The position numbers were made by a program, and so were the translations under genes. Source: Eledone cirrhosa (taxonomy: Eukaryota). From it: a DNA stretch of 64,000 bases. Shown here piece after piece: positions 50,446 through 64,000 of the stretch. The stretch is taken from assembly GCA_964016885.1 (NCBI GenBank), contig OZ024750.1, positions 1,984,001 to 2,048,000 on the forward strand, given 5' to 3'. Each line of letters opens with the position of its first letter. The first letter of the stretch is position 1. The notes under the pieces are model-generated. The model had not been told where the DNA came from. It did no database searches and saw nothing but the letters and a program-made list of their open reading frames with translations.

Positions 50446-51410
50446 ATGCACTCCCACACACATTCGCACAAACACACCTACACATACACATATATGTGTA
50501 GGCAAGTGTGTGTGGGAGTATGTGTGTGTGTTTGTGTGTGGGAGTATGTGTGTTTATGTGTGTGTGGGGGGGAATATGTATGTGTGTGTGTTTGTGTGTG
50601 TGGGAATATGTATGTGTGTGTGTTTATGTGTGTGTGTGGGGGAATATGTATGTGTGTGTGTTTATGTGTGTATGTGTGGGAATATGTATGTGTGTGTATT
50701 TGTGTGTGTGTGTGTGGGAATATGTATGTGTGTGTGTTTATGTGTGTGTGGGGGGGGGGGAATATGTATGTGTGTGTGTTTGTGTGTGTGTGGGGGGGAA
50801 TATGTATGTGTGTGTGTTTATGTGTGTATGTGTGGGAATATGTATGTGTGTGTATTTGTGTGTGTGTGTGTGGGAATATGTATGTGTGTGTGTTTATGTG
50901 TGTGTGTGTGGGAATATGGATGTGTGTGTGGGGGAATATGTATGTGTGTGTGTGTTTGTGTCTATGCATTAAATAACCCAATACTGAAATATTAGTGAAC
51001 TCTTGTCACACAAATCCCGCAGATAGTATTTCATTGTATCTCCCAGACACTTTGTAAAACTATCAAAGAACAGCCGAGCAGATTATTTACTTTGGAACTG
51101 TTTATTTAGCCTGACATCTTGCAGTTTCTTTGGGGACTAAGTTGACATGTGTATACTCTTGCCTTATCTACCATATCTGTATATCTGGAGATATGTGTAT
51201 GTAGATATATGTATGTGTATGTAGATATATGTATGTGTATGTAGATATATGTATGTAGATATATGTATGTGTATGTAGATATATGTATGTGTATGTAGAT
51301 ATATGTATGTAGATATATGTATGTGTATGTAGATATATGTATGTGTATGTAGATATATGTATGTGTATGTAGATATATGTACGTGTATGTAGATATATGT
51401 ATGTGTATGC
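49620..51410. repeat. Complex TA/TG/CA low-complexity block, including a 20-bp GTAGATATATGTATGTGTAT array
   Basis: Direct observation. Confidence 0.9.
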
Positions 51411-51518
51411 ATCTGAGTGTGTTGGACTTATAAATGTGTATATGGTTGCCTCACCTACCATATCTATCTATCTATCTATATATCTATCTATCTATCTATC
51501 TATTTATCTATCTATATA

Positions 51519-51860
51519 TGGAAGCACATGGCTTTAGTGGTTAGAGAATTGGCCTTGCAAATGAAAGGTTGTGAGTTCAATTGTCAGACCGGGTGATGTG
51601 TTGTTTCCTTGAGCAAGACACTTTATTTCACATTGCTTCAGTTTACTCAGCTGTAGAAATTAGTTGATAGGGACTGGGGTCCATATCATTCCACTGCAAA
51701 GTGGTCGTGGAGGTGCCACGGCCAAAAAGCACCCAGCACTCACTGTAAATGAGGTTGGTGTTAGGAAGGGCATCCAGCTGTAGAAATCAAGCCAGAATCA
51801 GTTCCCGTCCCACCCTTGCAAGCAGGGAAAAGCGGACGTAAAATGATGATGATGATGATG
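51519..51860 (+). mobile_element. tRNA-derived SINE family B (Meta/CORE-like core) with RTE-type tail and (GAT)n
   Basis: TGGCTTTAGTGG A box, GAGTTCAATT B box, CCTTGAGCAAGACACTTTATTTCAC..CAGCTG core, TTAGGAAGGGCATCCAGCTGTAG tail; near-identical inverted copy at 32540-32862. Confidence 0.8.
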
Positions 51861-51970
51861 ACGCCAGCACCAACAGTTTTGCAACAGATGTCAACATGAA
51901 TGGACCTGTTATTTTTATCTAAAGACATTTTTTCCAATTCCAACCCGCCCGTCCCCTCAATCTATCTTAT

Positions 51971-52006
51971 TCTTCTGATGAAAGACTAGCGTCCGAAACG
52001 TTAAGA
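51971..52006 (+). ncRNA. Second copy of the minimal hammerhead motif (one stem II mismatch)
   Basis: TCTT-CTGATGA-A-AGAC-TAGC-GTCC-GAAA-CGTT-AAGA; about 50 nt downstream also matches the 23.8-kb copy. Confidence 0.45.
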
Positions 52007-52732
52007 CCCTCTTCCTGCTATATCAAGCATTAACCTAATATATCACTTCCATATACTCTAGTTTTATAGATCTGAACGATCTAGCTGTCGAAACGGCCGG
52101 AGCTCAGCCGTCGGGGTCCTAACTATTACCCACTCTACTACCCTAAGTATTGAGTACTCTGGTGCATTATGGTCCACCTGGTATCTTTCCACACTTTCTT
52201 TGTTATATATATCCTTGTATGCATCTGTTTGTGTTGGACTTCCATCACTTATAAATATGTACCCTGTTGCCTAAACTACCATATATTTATATATGTATAT
52301 ATCTTTGTATGCATCTGTGTTGTGTCATGCTGAATCTCCCTGAGAATTGTGTTAAGTGTACACGTGTCTGTAGAATGCTCAGCCACTTGCATGCTAATTT
52401 TACAAGCAGGCTGTTCCATTGATCAGATCAACTGGAACACTTGTCATAAACGACAGAGTGCCAGGTAACATACCTCATTGATAAACAGTCAAAATGGAGT
52501 TTTATGAAGAAGTCTTCCAAAGAGAGTAGGTAGGTACTTTATATTGCAGGTTCTCTGCAAGTAATGAGTGCACCAAAAAAGTGCAGTGAGATCACTAGCA
52601 GGCTGTCAGAGAACCAGAACTTCAGGTGTCATAGATGTGGAGGAGTAGTTAACATTTGAAACATCATTAAAATAATGTTTATGAAGTGCTGAGACAACTT
52701 TCTAGATGTAGTGGATAGACTTTGTTATTTAA

Positions 52733-54082
52733 CCCTTTAACATTTAAACCGGCCGAATCCGGCCAGAACTCTCTCATCTCTTTCTGTTTAAACTGGCTGT
52801 AACTGGCTACTTATACTGATGTTAAGGTATTGTTCTCAAAATAAATAACATCAAAATCTCATAGATTCAATATTATGTGAGATAAAGCCTTTACTGTGAA
52901 AATACAATAGTATATATAGAGTAATGTAAATGTTATGTGAGATATTATGTGAGTTAAAGCCTTTACTGTGAAAATACAATAGTATATATAGAGTAATGTA
53001 AATGTTATGTGAGGTATTATGTGAGGTAAAGGCTTTACTGTGAAAATACAATAGTATATATAGAGTAATGTAAATGTTATGTGAGATATTATGTGAGGTA
53101 AAGCCTTTACTGTGAAAATACAATAGTATATATAGAGTAATGTAAATGTTATGTGAGATATTATGTGTGGTAAAGCCTTTACTGTGAAAATACAATAGTA
53201 TATATAGAGTAATGTAAATGTTATGTGAAATAATTATTTGAGGTAAAGTCTTTACTGTGAAAATACAATAGTATATATAGAGTAATGTAAATGTTATGTG
53301 AAATAATTATTTGAGGTAAAGACTTTACTGTGAAAATACAATAGTATATATAGTGTTATGTGAGATATTATGTGAGGTAAAGCCTTTACTGTGAAAATAC
53401 AATAGTATATATAGAGTAGTGTAAATGTTATGTGAGATATTATGTGAGATAAAGCCTTTACTGTGAAAATACAATAGTATATATAGAGTAGTGTAAATGT
53501 TATGTGAGATATTATGTGAGATAAAGCCTTTACTGTGAAAATACAATAGTATATATAGAGTAGTGTAAATGTTATGTGAGATATTATGTGAGGTAAAGCC
53601 TTTACTGTGAAAATACAATAGTATATATAGAGTAGTGTAAATGTTATGTGAGATATTATGTGCGATAAAGCCTTTACTGTGAAAATACAATAGTATATAT
53701 AGAGTAGTGTAAATGTTATGTGAGATATTATGTGAGATAAAGCCTTTACTGTGAAAATACAATAGTATATATAGAGTAGTGTAAATGTTATGTGAGATAT
53801 TATGTGAGGTAAAGCCTTTACTGTGACAATACAATAGTATATATAGAGTAATGTAAATGTTATGTGAGATATTATGTGAGGTAAAGCCTTTACTGTAAAA
53901 TACAATAGTATATATAGAGTAATGTAAATGTTATGTGAGATATTATGTGAGGTAAAGCCTTTACTGTGAAAATACAATAGTATATATAGAGTAGTGTAAA
54001 TGTTATGTGAGATATTATGTGAGATAAAGCCTTTACTGTGAAAATACAATAGTATATATAGAGTAGTGTAAATGCTAAAGGG
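52733..54082 (+). mobile_element. TTAA MITE expanded to 1.35 kb by an internal 72-bp tandem array
   Basis: Intact TIRs and TTAA at both ends; about 16 units of AAGCCTTTACTGTGAAAATACAATAGTATATATAGAGTAGTGTAAATGTTATGTGAGATATTATGTGAG(A/G)TA. Confidence 0.9.
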
Positions 54083-54764
54083 TTAACTGATGTACTGTAA
54101 GTACTTAAATATAAGCCGAGGGTTTTATTGACCTAAAAAATCGATGGTAAAATGGTGGGGATGTGGGGTCGGCTTATATTTGCCATCATATCCTGTTGAA
54201 TAGCTGCCTCTACTTATAAACTGGGTGTGGATTTTTTACCATTTCTCAGATGTAAAAAAAGGGGTCGGCTTAATATATATATATATATATATATAAACGA
54301 AAATGTCTCTCTTACTCTCTCTCTCTGTCTGTCTGTCTGTCTCTCTGTCTGCCTGTCTCTCTCTCGCTCGCTCTCTCTCTCTCTCTCTATCTGCCTGTCT
54401 GTCTGTATGTACTCTATGCATTTCCACAGTTTCCATCAAATTTTCTTCAACTTTGGTACCTAGGTTATGTAGCTCTCGGAGCATGTCAACATATAGTTTG
54501 AATTTTTCTGTAAATACAAAATCATAAATTGGAATTTGTTGGTTATAAACTATGTTAATTGAGATGAAAGATGAAGCGATGGAGTACTGGGAGTATTGGG
54601 AGTACAGTTGGTGTATTATAAGTATCAGCTGAGGTAGACAGGAAGAGGTGGAGGGTTTCACTCACAGGTAATAAGATACAGGATACAGGATAAGACAGGA
54701 TAATGTGTTCTACTTAAGATCTAGTGAAACCATGTTTAACATAGAAATATGGTTATTAACATAA

Positions 54765-55560
<796 letters not shown>

Positions 55561-55676
55561 CATACTCCAAGATAATTGATTCCTCAGCAATTTTAGTCTT
55601 AATTAATTAAATCCATTGTTTGCCAATAGCAGACTAATTAAAGTGTTTCACTTTTTTAAATCCAGGGCCACCATTG

Positions 55677-55679
<3 letters not shown>

Positions 55680-55710
<31 letters not shown>

Positions 55711-56272
55711 ACCATCACCACCATCATCACCACCACCACCACCACCACCACCATCACCACCACCATCATCACCACCACCACCACCACCACCACCACCACC
55801 ACCACCACCACCACCACCACCACCACCACCATCATCACCATCATCACCACCACCACCACCACCACCACCACCACCACCATCACCACCATCATCACCACCA
55901 CCACCACCACCACCACCACCACCACCACCACCATCATCACCACCATCATCACCACCAGCATCACCACCACCACCACCACCACCACCACCACCACCACCAC
56001 CACCATCATCACCACCACCACCACCACCACCATCATCACCACCACCACCACCACCACCACCACCACCACCACCACCACCACCACCACCACCACCATCATC
56101 ACCACCACCACCACCACCACCATCATCACCACCACCACCACCACCACCACCACCACCACCACCATCATCACCACCACCACCACCACCACCACCACCACCA
56201 CCACCATCACCACCATCACCACCACCACCACCACCACCACCACCACCACCACCACCACCACCATCACCACCA
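55680..56272 (+). repeat. Poly-C followed by a ~560-bp (CCA)n/(TCA) array
   Basis: Direct observation. Confidence 0.92.
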
Positions 56273-56762
56273 ATTATTACAAATTTGTAAATGTTCTGAA
56301 TCCATCCATCCATGTTTTATTGTGTATCGACCTGTAATGGATGTTTCGCAGAGGATTGGCTCAGGGTGATCAATAGAAGTTATAGATACACCTCCATTAT
56401 TGATCTCCTCTTCAGACAGGTCAATACTCAATAAAATACTAAATACATGTAAACGAAACTTGAGAGTTTTTCTTAATATATACACTCTACCTCTGCATAG
56501 AGTGCTTAACCTAGTACCACCACAGTAATCACATAGACTATATATATACTGAATCACATAGACTATATATATATATATATAATATATATATACATATATA
56601 TTATATATATATTATATATATATTATATATATATATATATAGAAGAAATGGTTTCTACAGGACTAGAACTGTTTCATTTGGAAGAAATCATCAGGAAAGG
56701 GCTTAAGTACCTTACTTACTGTGGTTACCCCTGATTGAACCAGGGATAAACATATATATATC

Positions 56763-56812
<50 letters not shown>

Positions 56813-57326
56813 GAGAGAGAGAGAGAGAGATTTGTGTGTGTGTATCCCAGGTTCAATCGGGGGTAACCACAGTAAGGTACTGTGAGAAGTGAAGGTAGAG
56901 CCGGGGATAGGGTAGGGGAAGATGGTAAAACCTTTAATTTCGAGAGGGTTTATTCACCTCAAATTGTTCTTTCGTTTTGTTCAGTTACAAGTCTTACATC
57001 ATGTAGACTACATGTTCATACATGTAGCTATAACCTATACATAAATCATATGTTTTTAGCACTGGTTACTAAAATACTTAATGAGCAGTTTGAACTGGGG
57101 TCTACAGTTTACATCTGGTGTAGGTCTGTTACCAACTTTACATACCTACATCTGACCTCAGTCTATTACCAGCTTTACCAGCTTTACCAGCTCCATTCTA
57201 CACCTGGTATACACCTATTACAAGCTTTATACAGGCCTGGAGAAGTGTTACTATTTCATTAAGATTATCTGACAAGAGTGAGCAAACTAATTATAATTAA
57301 TTTTTAAAAAATTAAAAATTTTAAAA

Positions 57327-57359
<33 letters not shown>

Positions 57360-58215
57360 AAAAGAGAGCATATAAAAAGATAATTTACAATTGGAAGTTA
57401 AATCTATAAGGTCTGTGCCTGGTTCCAATATAACTGATGCTAACTTCCAGAGGCGGCTGCTAGCCTTATATGTCGCTACTCTAAGTTGGCAAGATGCCTC
57501 TACATAAATAAACATAAACACATATATACACACATTTGTAGAAGAAGAAGAAGAAGAAGCAGGAATATATGCAAACATTCTTTCAGATAAGTATACATAC
57601 AAATACTATAATAAATTCACATATATTCATATATTCCTTCATACTCCAGATTGAGTTGTTGTTTTTTTTTTGTTGTTTTTTTTCATTTGTAAATGTTTGC
57701 TTATTTATTTATTATATTTTTTACATGTACGCCTCAGATTGAAGTTACACATCTGTTTTCCAACCAGGATTACATGTGAATACTGATTAAACAATGTTGT
57801 CATCACGTATTATGTAACTTTCTCAATTTTCAAAAGAAATTTAGACAATGTTTTCTTTGAACTTTTATTTTTATTTATGTATTCAAATAAAATCTTTTTT
57901 TGTTCTATTGTTAAATTCAACAGTGTTGTTGCTGTTACTGTTGCTGTTGTTGTTTAAGCCCTAGTCAGCTCTAATCAAGCAGACCTATAATCAAAGGCAT
58001 TCCAGCTGTGACCATCTCATCGTTTTGTTTTTTTTTTCTTCTACATGCAGGGAACCCAGGAAGACATTATCAAATGTCTTACTTTTTAAAATAATGGGTT
58101 CTGGTTGGAGTAAAAATTAACTGCTGTTTTTAGCAGGTCAAGCAACAATATAGAATGTGATATGACATTTGGAATTTTTGTGGAATGATTAATGGAAAAT
58201 GTACTGTACAGGTAT

Positions 58216-58288
<73 letters not shown>

Positions 58289-58644
58289 GAATAATCGAGT
58301 ATCGAAAAATCGGCGCACGAGTTCACGATAAACAAAATTTGAGATGAGCGGCAGAGGGCTCTATAATTCAAATAAATTAGAGCTATAACTATCGTTAAAA
58401 TACCGTCACACGTAGAATATGTCTACAATCAACCAAATAACCGAAAAGTTCGATATGGAAGATTCGGGACACTCAGATAAATTATCAATAAATCAATAAA
58501 TGAAATGAATGTAAAATATATATATAAAATAATATATATATATATATATATATATACAGTCCTCCAAAATGTTTACACACTTCAACACCATTCTAATAAA
58601 TATTGTACAGGTAATCAGTGTGTATATATTTTTGGGGGTACACC

Positions 58645-58675
<31 letters not shown>

Positions 58676-58785
58676 CTTATATATATACTTATATATACCC
58701 ATACACTTGAAATACTAAACTTTATGTTATTCGGTTCACCTGCTCACATTTGCCAAAATCATATATATATATATATATATATATA

Positions 58786-58825
<40 letters not shown>

Positions 58826-60271
58826 TATATACCTGGTAAACGTGACCAAGAGAACATAAACAGAGTTCTGCCAAGATTTATTTTGTTCTTGTCTGAGGAA
58901 TTGGTCTGTGTCGGAGAAACTCCACAGTTGCAGCCTACACTATCAGCCATAAAAGTGTATGTGTGTGTGTATATATTGGTGTGTGTGTGTGTGTGTGTGT
59001 ACCTGTGTATGCGTGTGAGGGGGTTCTGTGTGTGTGTGTGGGGGGGGGGGGGTTATGTGTGTGTACATTGGTGTATATGTGTGTGTGTATGTGCTGATGT
59101 GTGTGTGTGGGTGTATTTGTGTTTGTGTGTGTGCGTGTGAGTATGTTTGATGATGATGATAGCAGTGATTGTGATGATGATGGTGATGATGATGATGATT
59201 TAATTAATTCTATGAATATCACTGTTAACATCAGTTCCATGTTTACCATTCCACCATTTCACAGACTCTGTAGAATTTCCAAGGGGGAGATAATCTGAGT
59301 AAATATTCTTTCTTCTTATTGTAAAGTTAGACTGAGAATAATTAAAATCAAAGATTACATTTGTACTTAACAGATATTTATTTAAACTGAAAATAGTTAC
59401 AGTGGAGGGAAACAGGCCAAAGACGTAAATGATGTTATATAAGAAATATTGAATCTAGGACAGCATAAGACCTAGTTTAAGAGATATTATGTTCATAATA
59501 TCAGATGTTTACCATCAGTATTGAATTAACTCAGCTCAACAATAGGAATAGAACAATGGCCCAGTGTTAAACAATCAAACAATTGTTCAGAGTTCAAATT
59601 CAGCCGAGGTTTAGAGTTAGGGGAGAAGAAATACTTGTATCATGTTGGGATTATATAAGTGTTGTGTTTAGCTTTGTGTCACCTTAAATCACAAAAGATT
59701 TAGTTGAAATCTTTCATGTTCCAAGTCCCAGATATGAAAGCTATTGTTATAGATCGGGTACAAGCCGAAGCTGAAGCATATAGACAGTATGGCCCCACCC
59801 CCTCCCACTGTAAAGTGGTTGTGTAGGCGTCACAGTAAAAAAGCACCCAGTACTCACTGTAAATGAGGTTGGTGTTAAGAAGGGCATCCAGCTGTAGAAA
59901 TCAAACCAGAATCAGTTCTGTATGAGCAAGACATGATCACCTGATCTGGCATTACACACAACAGGACAACCTGTCTAACCCATGCCAGCATGGAAAAATG
60001 GATGTAAAACAGTGATGATGATGATGATGATGATGAAGGCTATTGTTATAGAAAACAAAAACAACAACCAGACCAAATCCCTATTCACTGCTATCAGAGT
60101 GAGGTTGGCTGCCTGCAGGTGTGAGCCTTGCAAGGTGGAGTGACAGTTCCTTGCTGTCCTCGGGGGCAATGTATTCTCCATCCTGTTGGCCGTGACCCAG
60201 AGGCAAAGGGTAAGTTAGTTGGTAGAGGAGGATACTTGTTTCCACACCTGTATTATATTTCAGCAGTGTTT

Positions 60272-60461
60272 GGGCGGTGGATTGGCAGTATCGGTAGAGC
60301 GTCAGACACCATGCTTTGCAGCATAGAGTTACGGCCCTTGCCATTCTGAGTTCAAATCCCGCCAAGGTTAACTTTGCCTTTCATCCTTACAGGGTCGATA
60401 AAATAAAGTACCAGTAATGCACTGGGTATTTGCTGGCCTTGTGCCAAAAGTAGAAACAATT
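60272..60461 (+). mobile_element. SINE family A copy
   Basis: Near-consensus full-length copy. Confidence 0.85.
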
Positions 60462-61654
60462 ATATGTCAGCAGTGTATCTAGATATCCAAACATAAAACA
60501 GTCTTACACAACTTTCTTAATCTGGACAGAAGGACACACAGGCAACATCCGTGGGAATATCACTGAAGATTGTAAACTAGAACACAACTCAGTAACTATT
60601 CAATCTTTGTTTAGTCTATTATCTAGACATCTTATACCTTTTCTTTAATCCTTTTTACACAAAACAGCCTGAAACCGCCCTGGGTTTATATTACAAATCT
60701 CTTCATTTTTAAATGTTTATATTTATATTACCATTATATTTTTTTATTTTAGAAGTTTTTGTTAAATTTCCAATATCGGATTATTAATGGAAGAGATATT
60801 TTATTAAATTCCTCCAAATATTTGATTATTTCCAAAATTAATTGAAACACATAAGCTGTATATTTCATTAGAGATATGGCAATGAAAGAGTCTGAATGTT
60901 TTTAAAGGTAAATTAATTTGAAAGAAAATATAAATACAAAAATAAATTATTTATCTTTTTATTCAAGGGAATTTGATATCTGTTTGTTCATGTAATCCAT
61001 CTTTATTTTGACATTTAAGCTTGTTATAATCACTATAACCAAAATATTTTAATAGCACCACAAATAAGAGCTATAGAAACAACAAGATAAAGATGTCAAT
61101 AACAGCAATGAACTTCAAAATATGATCGCTGTTCACATTTGGTGAAATCAAGTAAAAATGTTATCTTAAGTAGGTTACCAAACTGTAACAGAAGTGTCAT
61201 TTGAGTGAAATGTCAAAAGTGGTCACCCAAATGCTGTTATAAGGGATTGTTGCTAGGAATCTTTTGTTATGTTTCAGCTTTTATACAACTTTCAATGATG
61301 AATAAATAGACAAACATAATGACTTTTGTTCTAGAATTTCAAATGGTGAAATTTCTTTATTATATTTCTAGATATTTTAAGTTGTGTTTGTATTTCCAAC
61401 ATGAAAAAGAATTCAGACTATTTACATCATAAGCTCTTCATATTTGTTTATCCATTTATTCAATTTAAACGTCCGTATAGAGTTAGTAAGCTATGACAGA
61501 CTAGAGGAAGTATATATATGTGTGTGTGAAAGTGTGTGAGTGTATATATATATATATATATATATATGTAGGAGGTGAGTTTTATTGTAGCACAATAAAG
61601 CAATGCAAATATAGGATAAGTAGCACTCTACAGTTTGTAGGGTTGGAGTATAAA

Positions 61655-61877
61655 TAATATAAGATCAAAAGATGGTTAAAAGAGTTCCAAGTATTTTATT
61701 ATGCGCATTTCAAAAATATGTTGATTTAAAACTTCACTATTCACAAGTGTTTTTTAAGCTTCATATCATGTCTTCCTATTTTATTTGATGAGAACGCAGA
61801 TATCATCCCATGATGATATTTGTTTTTGAAATGCGCATAATAAAATACTTGGAACTCTTTTAACCATCTTTTGATCT

Positions 61878-61885
<8 letters not shown>
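61655..61885. mobile_element. MITE with ~70-bp TIRs
   Basis: TAATATAAGATCAAAAGATGGTTAAAAGAGTTCCAAGTATTTTATTATGCGCATTTCAAAAA and its reverse complement; one-ended copy at 21028-21165. Confidence 0.75.
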
Positions 61886-61941
<56 letters not shown>

Positions 61942-62501
61942 GTATATATGTTTTTAATCCAGTAGATATTGAATAACATTTTTGTAGAGTATTACAGAAT
62001 AATGGAAGCAAGCATTAATTTCTGAGATAGAGATGGAAAATTCTTGGTACTTTACTTAATATATGTTGTGTAAAATATTTTCCAAATGCAGGTGAATTTT
62101 TTTACACCACAGTGCAAATGATAAATAAAATATCCCGGTGTACAAGTAAGTAAATTGAAAACAGTACTAATAACTTTTTTCCTCAAGTCAAACAAGTAAT
62201 AACTAAAAAAAAAAACTGTTTGGAAATTAATAAAGAAAACATCAAGAAGAAAGAACCGAGTGTTCATTAAATAGTTTACCTGAAAGTATTTGACATACTT
62301 ACAGTGTTATATGTGGAAAGTTACTTAAGAATATCTTGGCAAACCATGAAATAATTCTTCAGAAATGTTTTTTATGAATGACCAGACTTGTTGAATGTAT
62401 ACTTCTTAGCCAATAAAATATTACAATAAAATATTATAGTATAGTATCATTCTTTTTTATTTTTCTTCCTTTCATTTCCTTTTTTTTTTTGTTCACTTTA
62501 A

Positions 62502-62932
62502 CCCTTTAGTATTTACATTATTTTATATCTACTATAGAGCGGTGGATTGGCAGTATCGGTAGAGGGTCAGACGCCATGCTTTGATGCATAGAGTTACAGT
62601 CCTTGCCATTCTAAGTTCAAATCCCGCCGAGGTTAACTTTGCCTTTCATCCTTAAGGAGTCGATAAAATAAAGTACCAGTAATGTACTGGGTAATTTCTG
62701 GCCTTGTTGTGCCAAAAGTAGAAACAATTATTTTATATATACTATTGTTTTTTTCACAGTAAAGGCTTTATCTCACATAATTATCTCAGATAATATTGAA
62801 TCTATGAGATTTGGATATTATATATTTTGAGAACAATAACTTAACATCAGTATAAGCAGCTGCTTATGGCCAGTTTGACCAGAAAGAGGTGAGAGAATTC
62901 CGGCTGATATGGCCGGTTTAAATGCTAAAGGG
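62502..62932 (-). mobile_element. TTAA MITE containing a nested SINE family A (62538-62728)
   Basis: TIRs and TTAA intact; SINE flanked by ATTATTTTATAT(C/A)TACTAT duplication. Confidence 0.85.
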
Positions 62933-63887
62933 TTAATAGTGTGTTTTGTTTTGTGTATAATAAAATAACTTAATTTTGCCAAAAGTATAGAATCATTCCT
63001 GAATGGATACATTAACCCTTTAGCATTTAAACTGGCCATATCTGACCAGAATTTTCTCACCTCTTTCTGTTCAAACCAGCCATAACTGGCCCCTCATACT
63101 AATGTTAAAGTATTGTTTTCAAAATTAATAATATCAAAATCTCATAGATTCCATATTATGTGAAATAATTATGTGAAATAAACCCTTTACAGCAAAAAAC
63201 CTTAATGTGTAGAGCTTAACTCTTAACATCCTGTAATAATGAAGCTGAAAATATCTAAAAATAAGTTAATTGTTAATTCAAATGGTTATAGTATATTTAC
63301 TAGTGAACAGAACTTTGTGAAAATTTACTGTATTAGAGTAAATATTTTTTAATGAGATGCAGTTATGGTATGGTTTGCTAATATGATTTCATGTGCTGCA
63401 AGGTGTTAAAAATTAATGGTTTACAACCATTTGTGGTGTCATAAACTATGTGGAATGGATGTTATTAAAATAAACCCTCTATTTAGATTCATTAATGTTG
63501 TATTCTATGAAATCAGTTATCATTTTGCAGACAAAATGTCAAAGTCAGAAATTATTTTCAAATAAGAATTATCTTTACTGGACATTAGCCAAAATAATGT
63601 GTAAAATTACATGGGAACAATTTTGAGTTTTTGCCAAAACGAAGAAGTTTCTTGAAAAATTTACACATCATCTTCTCCAATGGCCAATTTTCTAATTATT
63701 GTTTTCATTCATGTATCCAAAGACAATGAACTCTGTCCAAGGCTTAAAAAAAAGGAAGATAAGCACAATTAATAGAAAATATGAAGTTTTTGAAGTGAAT
63801 ATATTACTGGTACGTAAGAAGGGAATTCCATCAGAGGATATTTACAGAATCCTTGGCTCTAGTTTTAAGAAGGGAAACGGTGTAAAT

Positions 63888-64000
63888 AATTGTTTCTACT
63901 TTAGGCACAAGGCCAGCAATTACCCAGTGCATTATTGGTACTTTATCTTATCGACCCCGTAAGGATGAAAGGCAAAGTCAACCTCGGTGGGATTTGAACT
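63888..64000 (-). mobile_element. SINE family A copy cut by the window end
   Basis: Reverse-complement tail and core. Confidence 0.8.

Noticed and set aside
49553-51461. Long YI/CV/HT-rich ORFs
   Set aside because: TA/TG/CA dinucleotide repeat artefacts; the same applies to the ORFs at 20.5-21.6, 47.6-48.8, 55.0-55.6 and 58.5-59.2 kb.
52851-54049. 24-aa repeat proteins (YFHSKGFTSHNISHN...)
   Set aside because: Translation of the 72-bp MITE-internal satellite.
55616-56369. Poly-Pro/His/Gly/Val ORFs (extensin- or formin-like)
   Set aside because: All are translations of a stop-free (CCA)n microsatellite, open in several frames on both strands, with no splice support.
58832-58950. Possible exon ([10 protein letters not shown]...) with a GT donor on the minus strand
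   Set aside because: No recognisable domain or partner exons, and it is embedded between microsatellites; more likely a repeat fragment.
60060-60220. GC-richer segment ending in GG|GTAAGT as an exon of a third gene
   Set aside because: No convincing acceptor, homology or neighbouring exons; it lies between two SINE-type repeats.

Overview
AT-rich eukaryotic genomic DNA full of microsatellites and SINEs; the repeat families and gene content fit an octopod cephalopod (inference). I assembled two intron-containing genes by hand, checking GT-AG sites and exon phases. (1) A minus-strand testican/SPOCK (Cow-like) secreted proteoglycan with 9 exons at 12536->522, running off the left edge; it has a signal peptide, a follistatin-N-like Cys motif, a SPARC-type EC/EF-hand domain and a thyroglobulin type-1 domain, but no Kazal exon was found. 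(2) A complete plus-strand SLC16/MCT transporter with 7 coding exons at 23478-29731 (528 aa). The rest (about 30-64 kb) has no recognisable host gene. It holds tRNA-derived SINEs, decayed RTE and CR1 LINE fragments, mariner-type and TTAA (piggyBac-like) MITEs, TE-derived minisatellites and long simple repeats; a Helitron-like element lies in an MCT intron. Most ORFs in the supplied track are microsatellite artefacts. Most notable: minimal hammerhead-ribozyme motifs in Penelope-like fragments, a 35-bp tandem amplification of a branch point/3' splice site before MCT exon 2, a ~770-bp intronic fold-back, and satellites arising inside a MITE and from an RTE 3' UTR motif. I found no evidence of a prokaryote-type system (CRISPR, operons).
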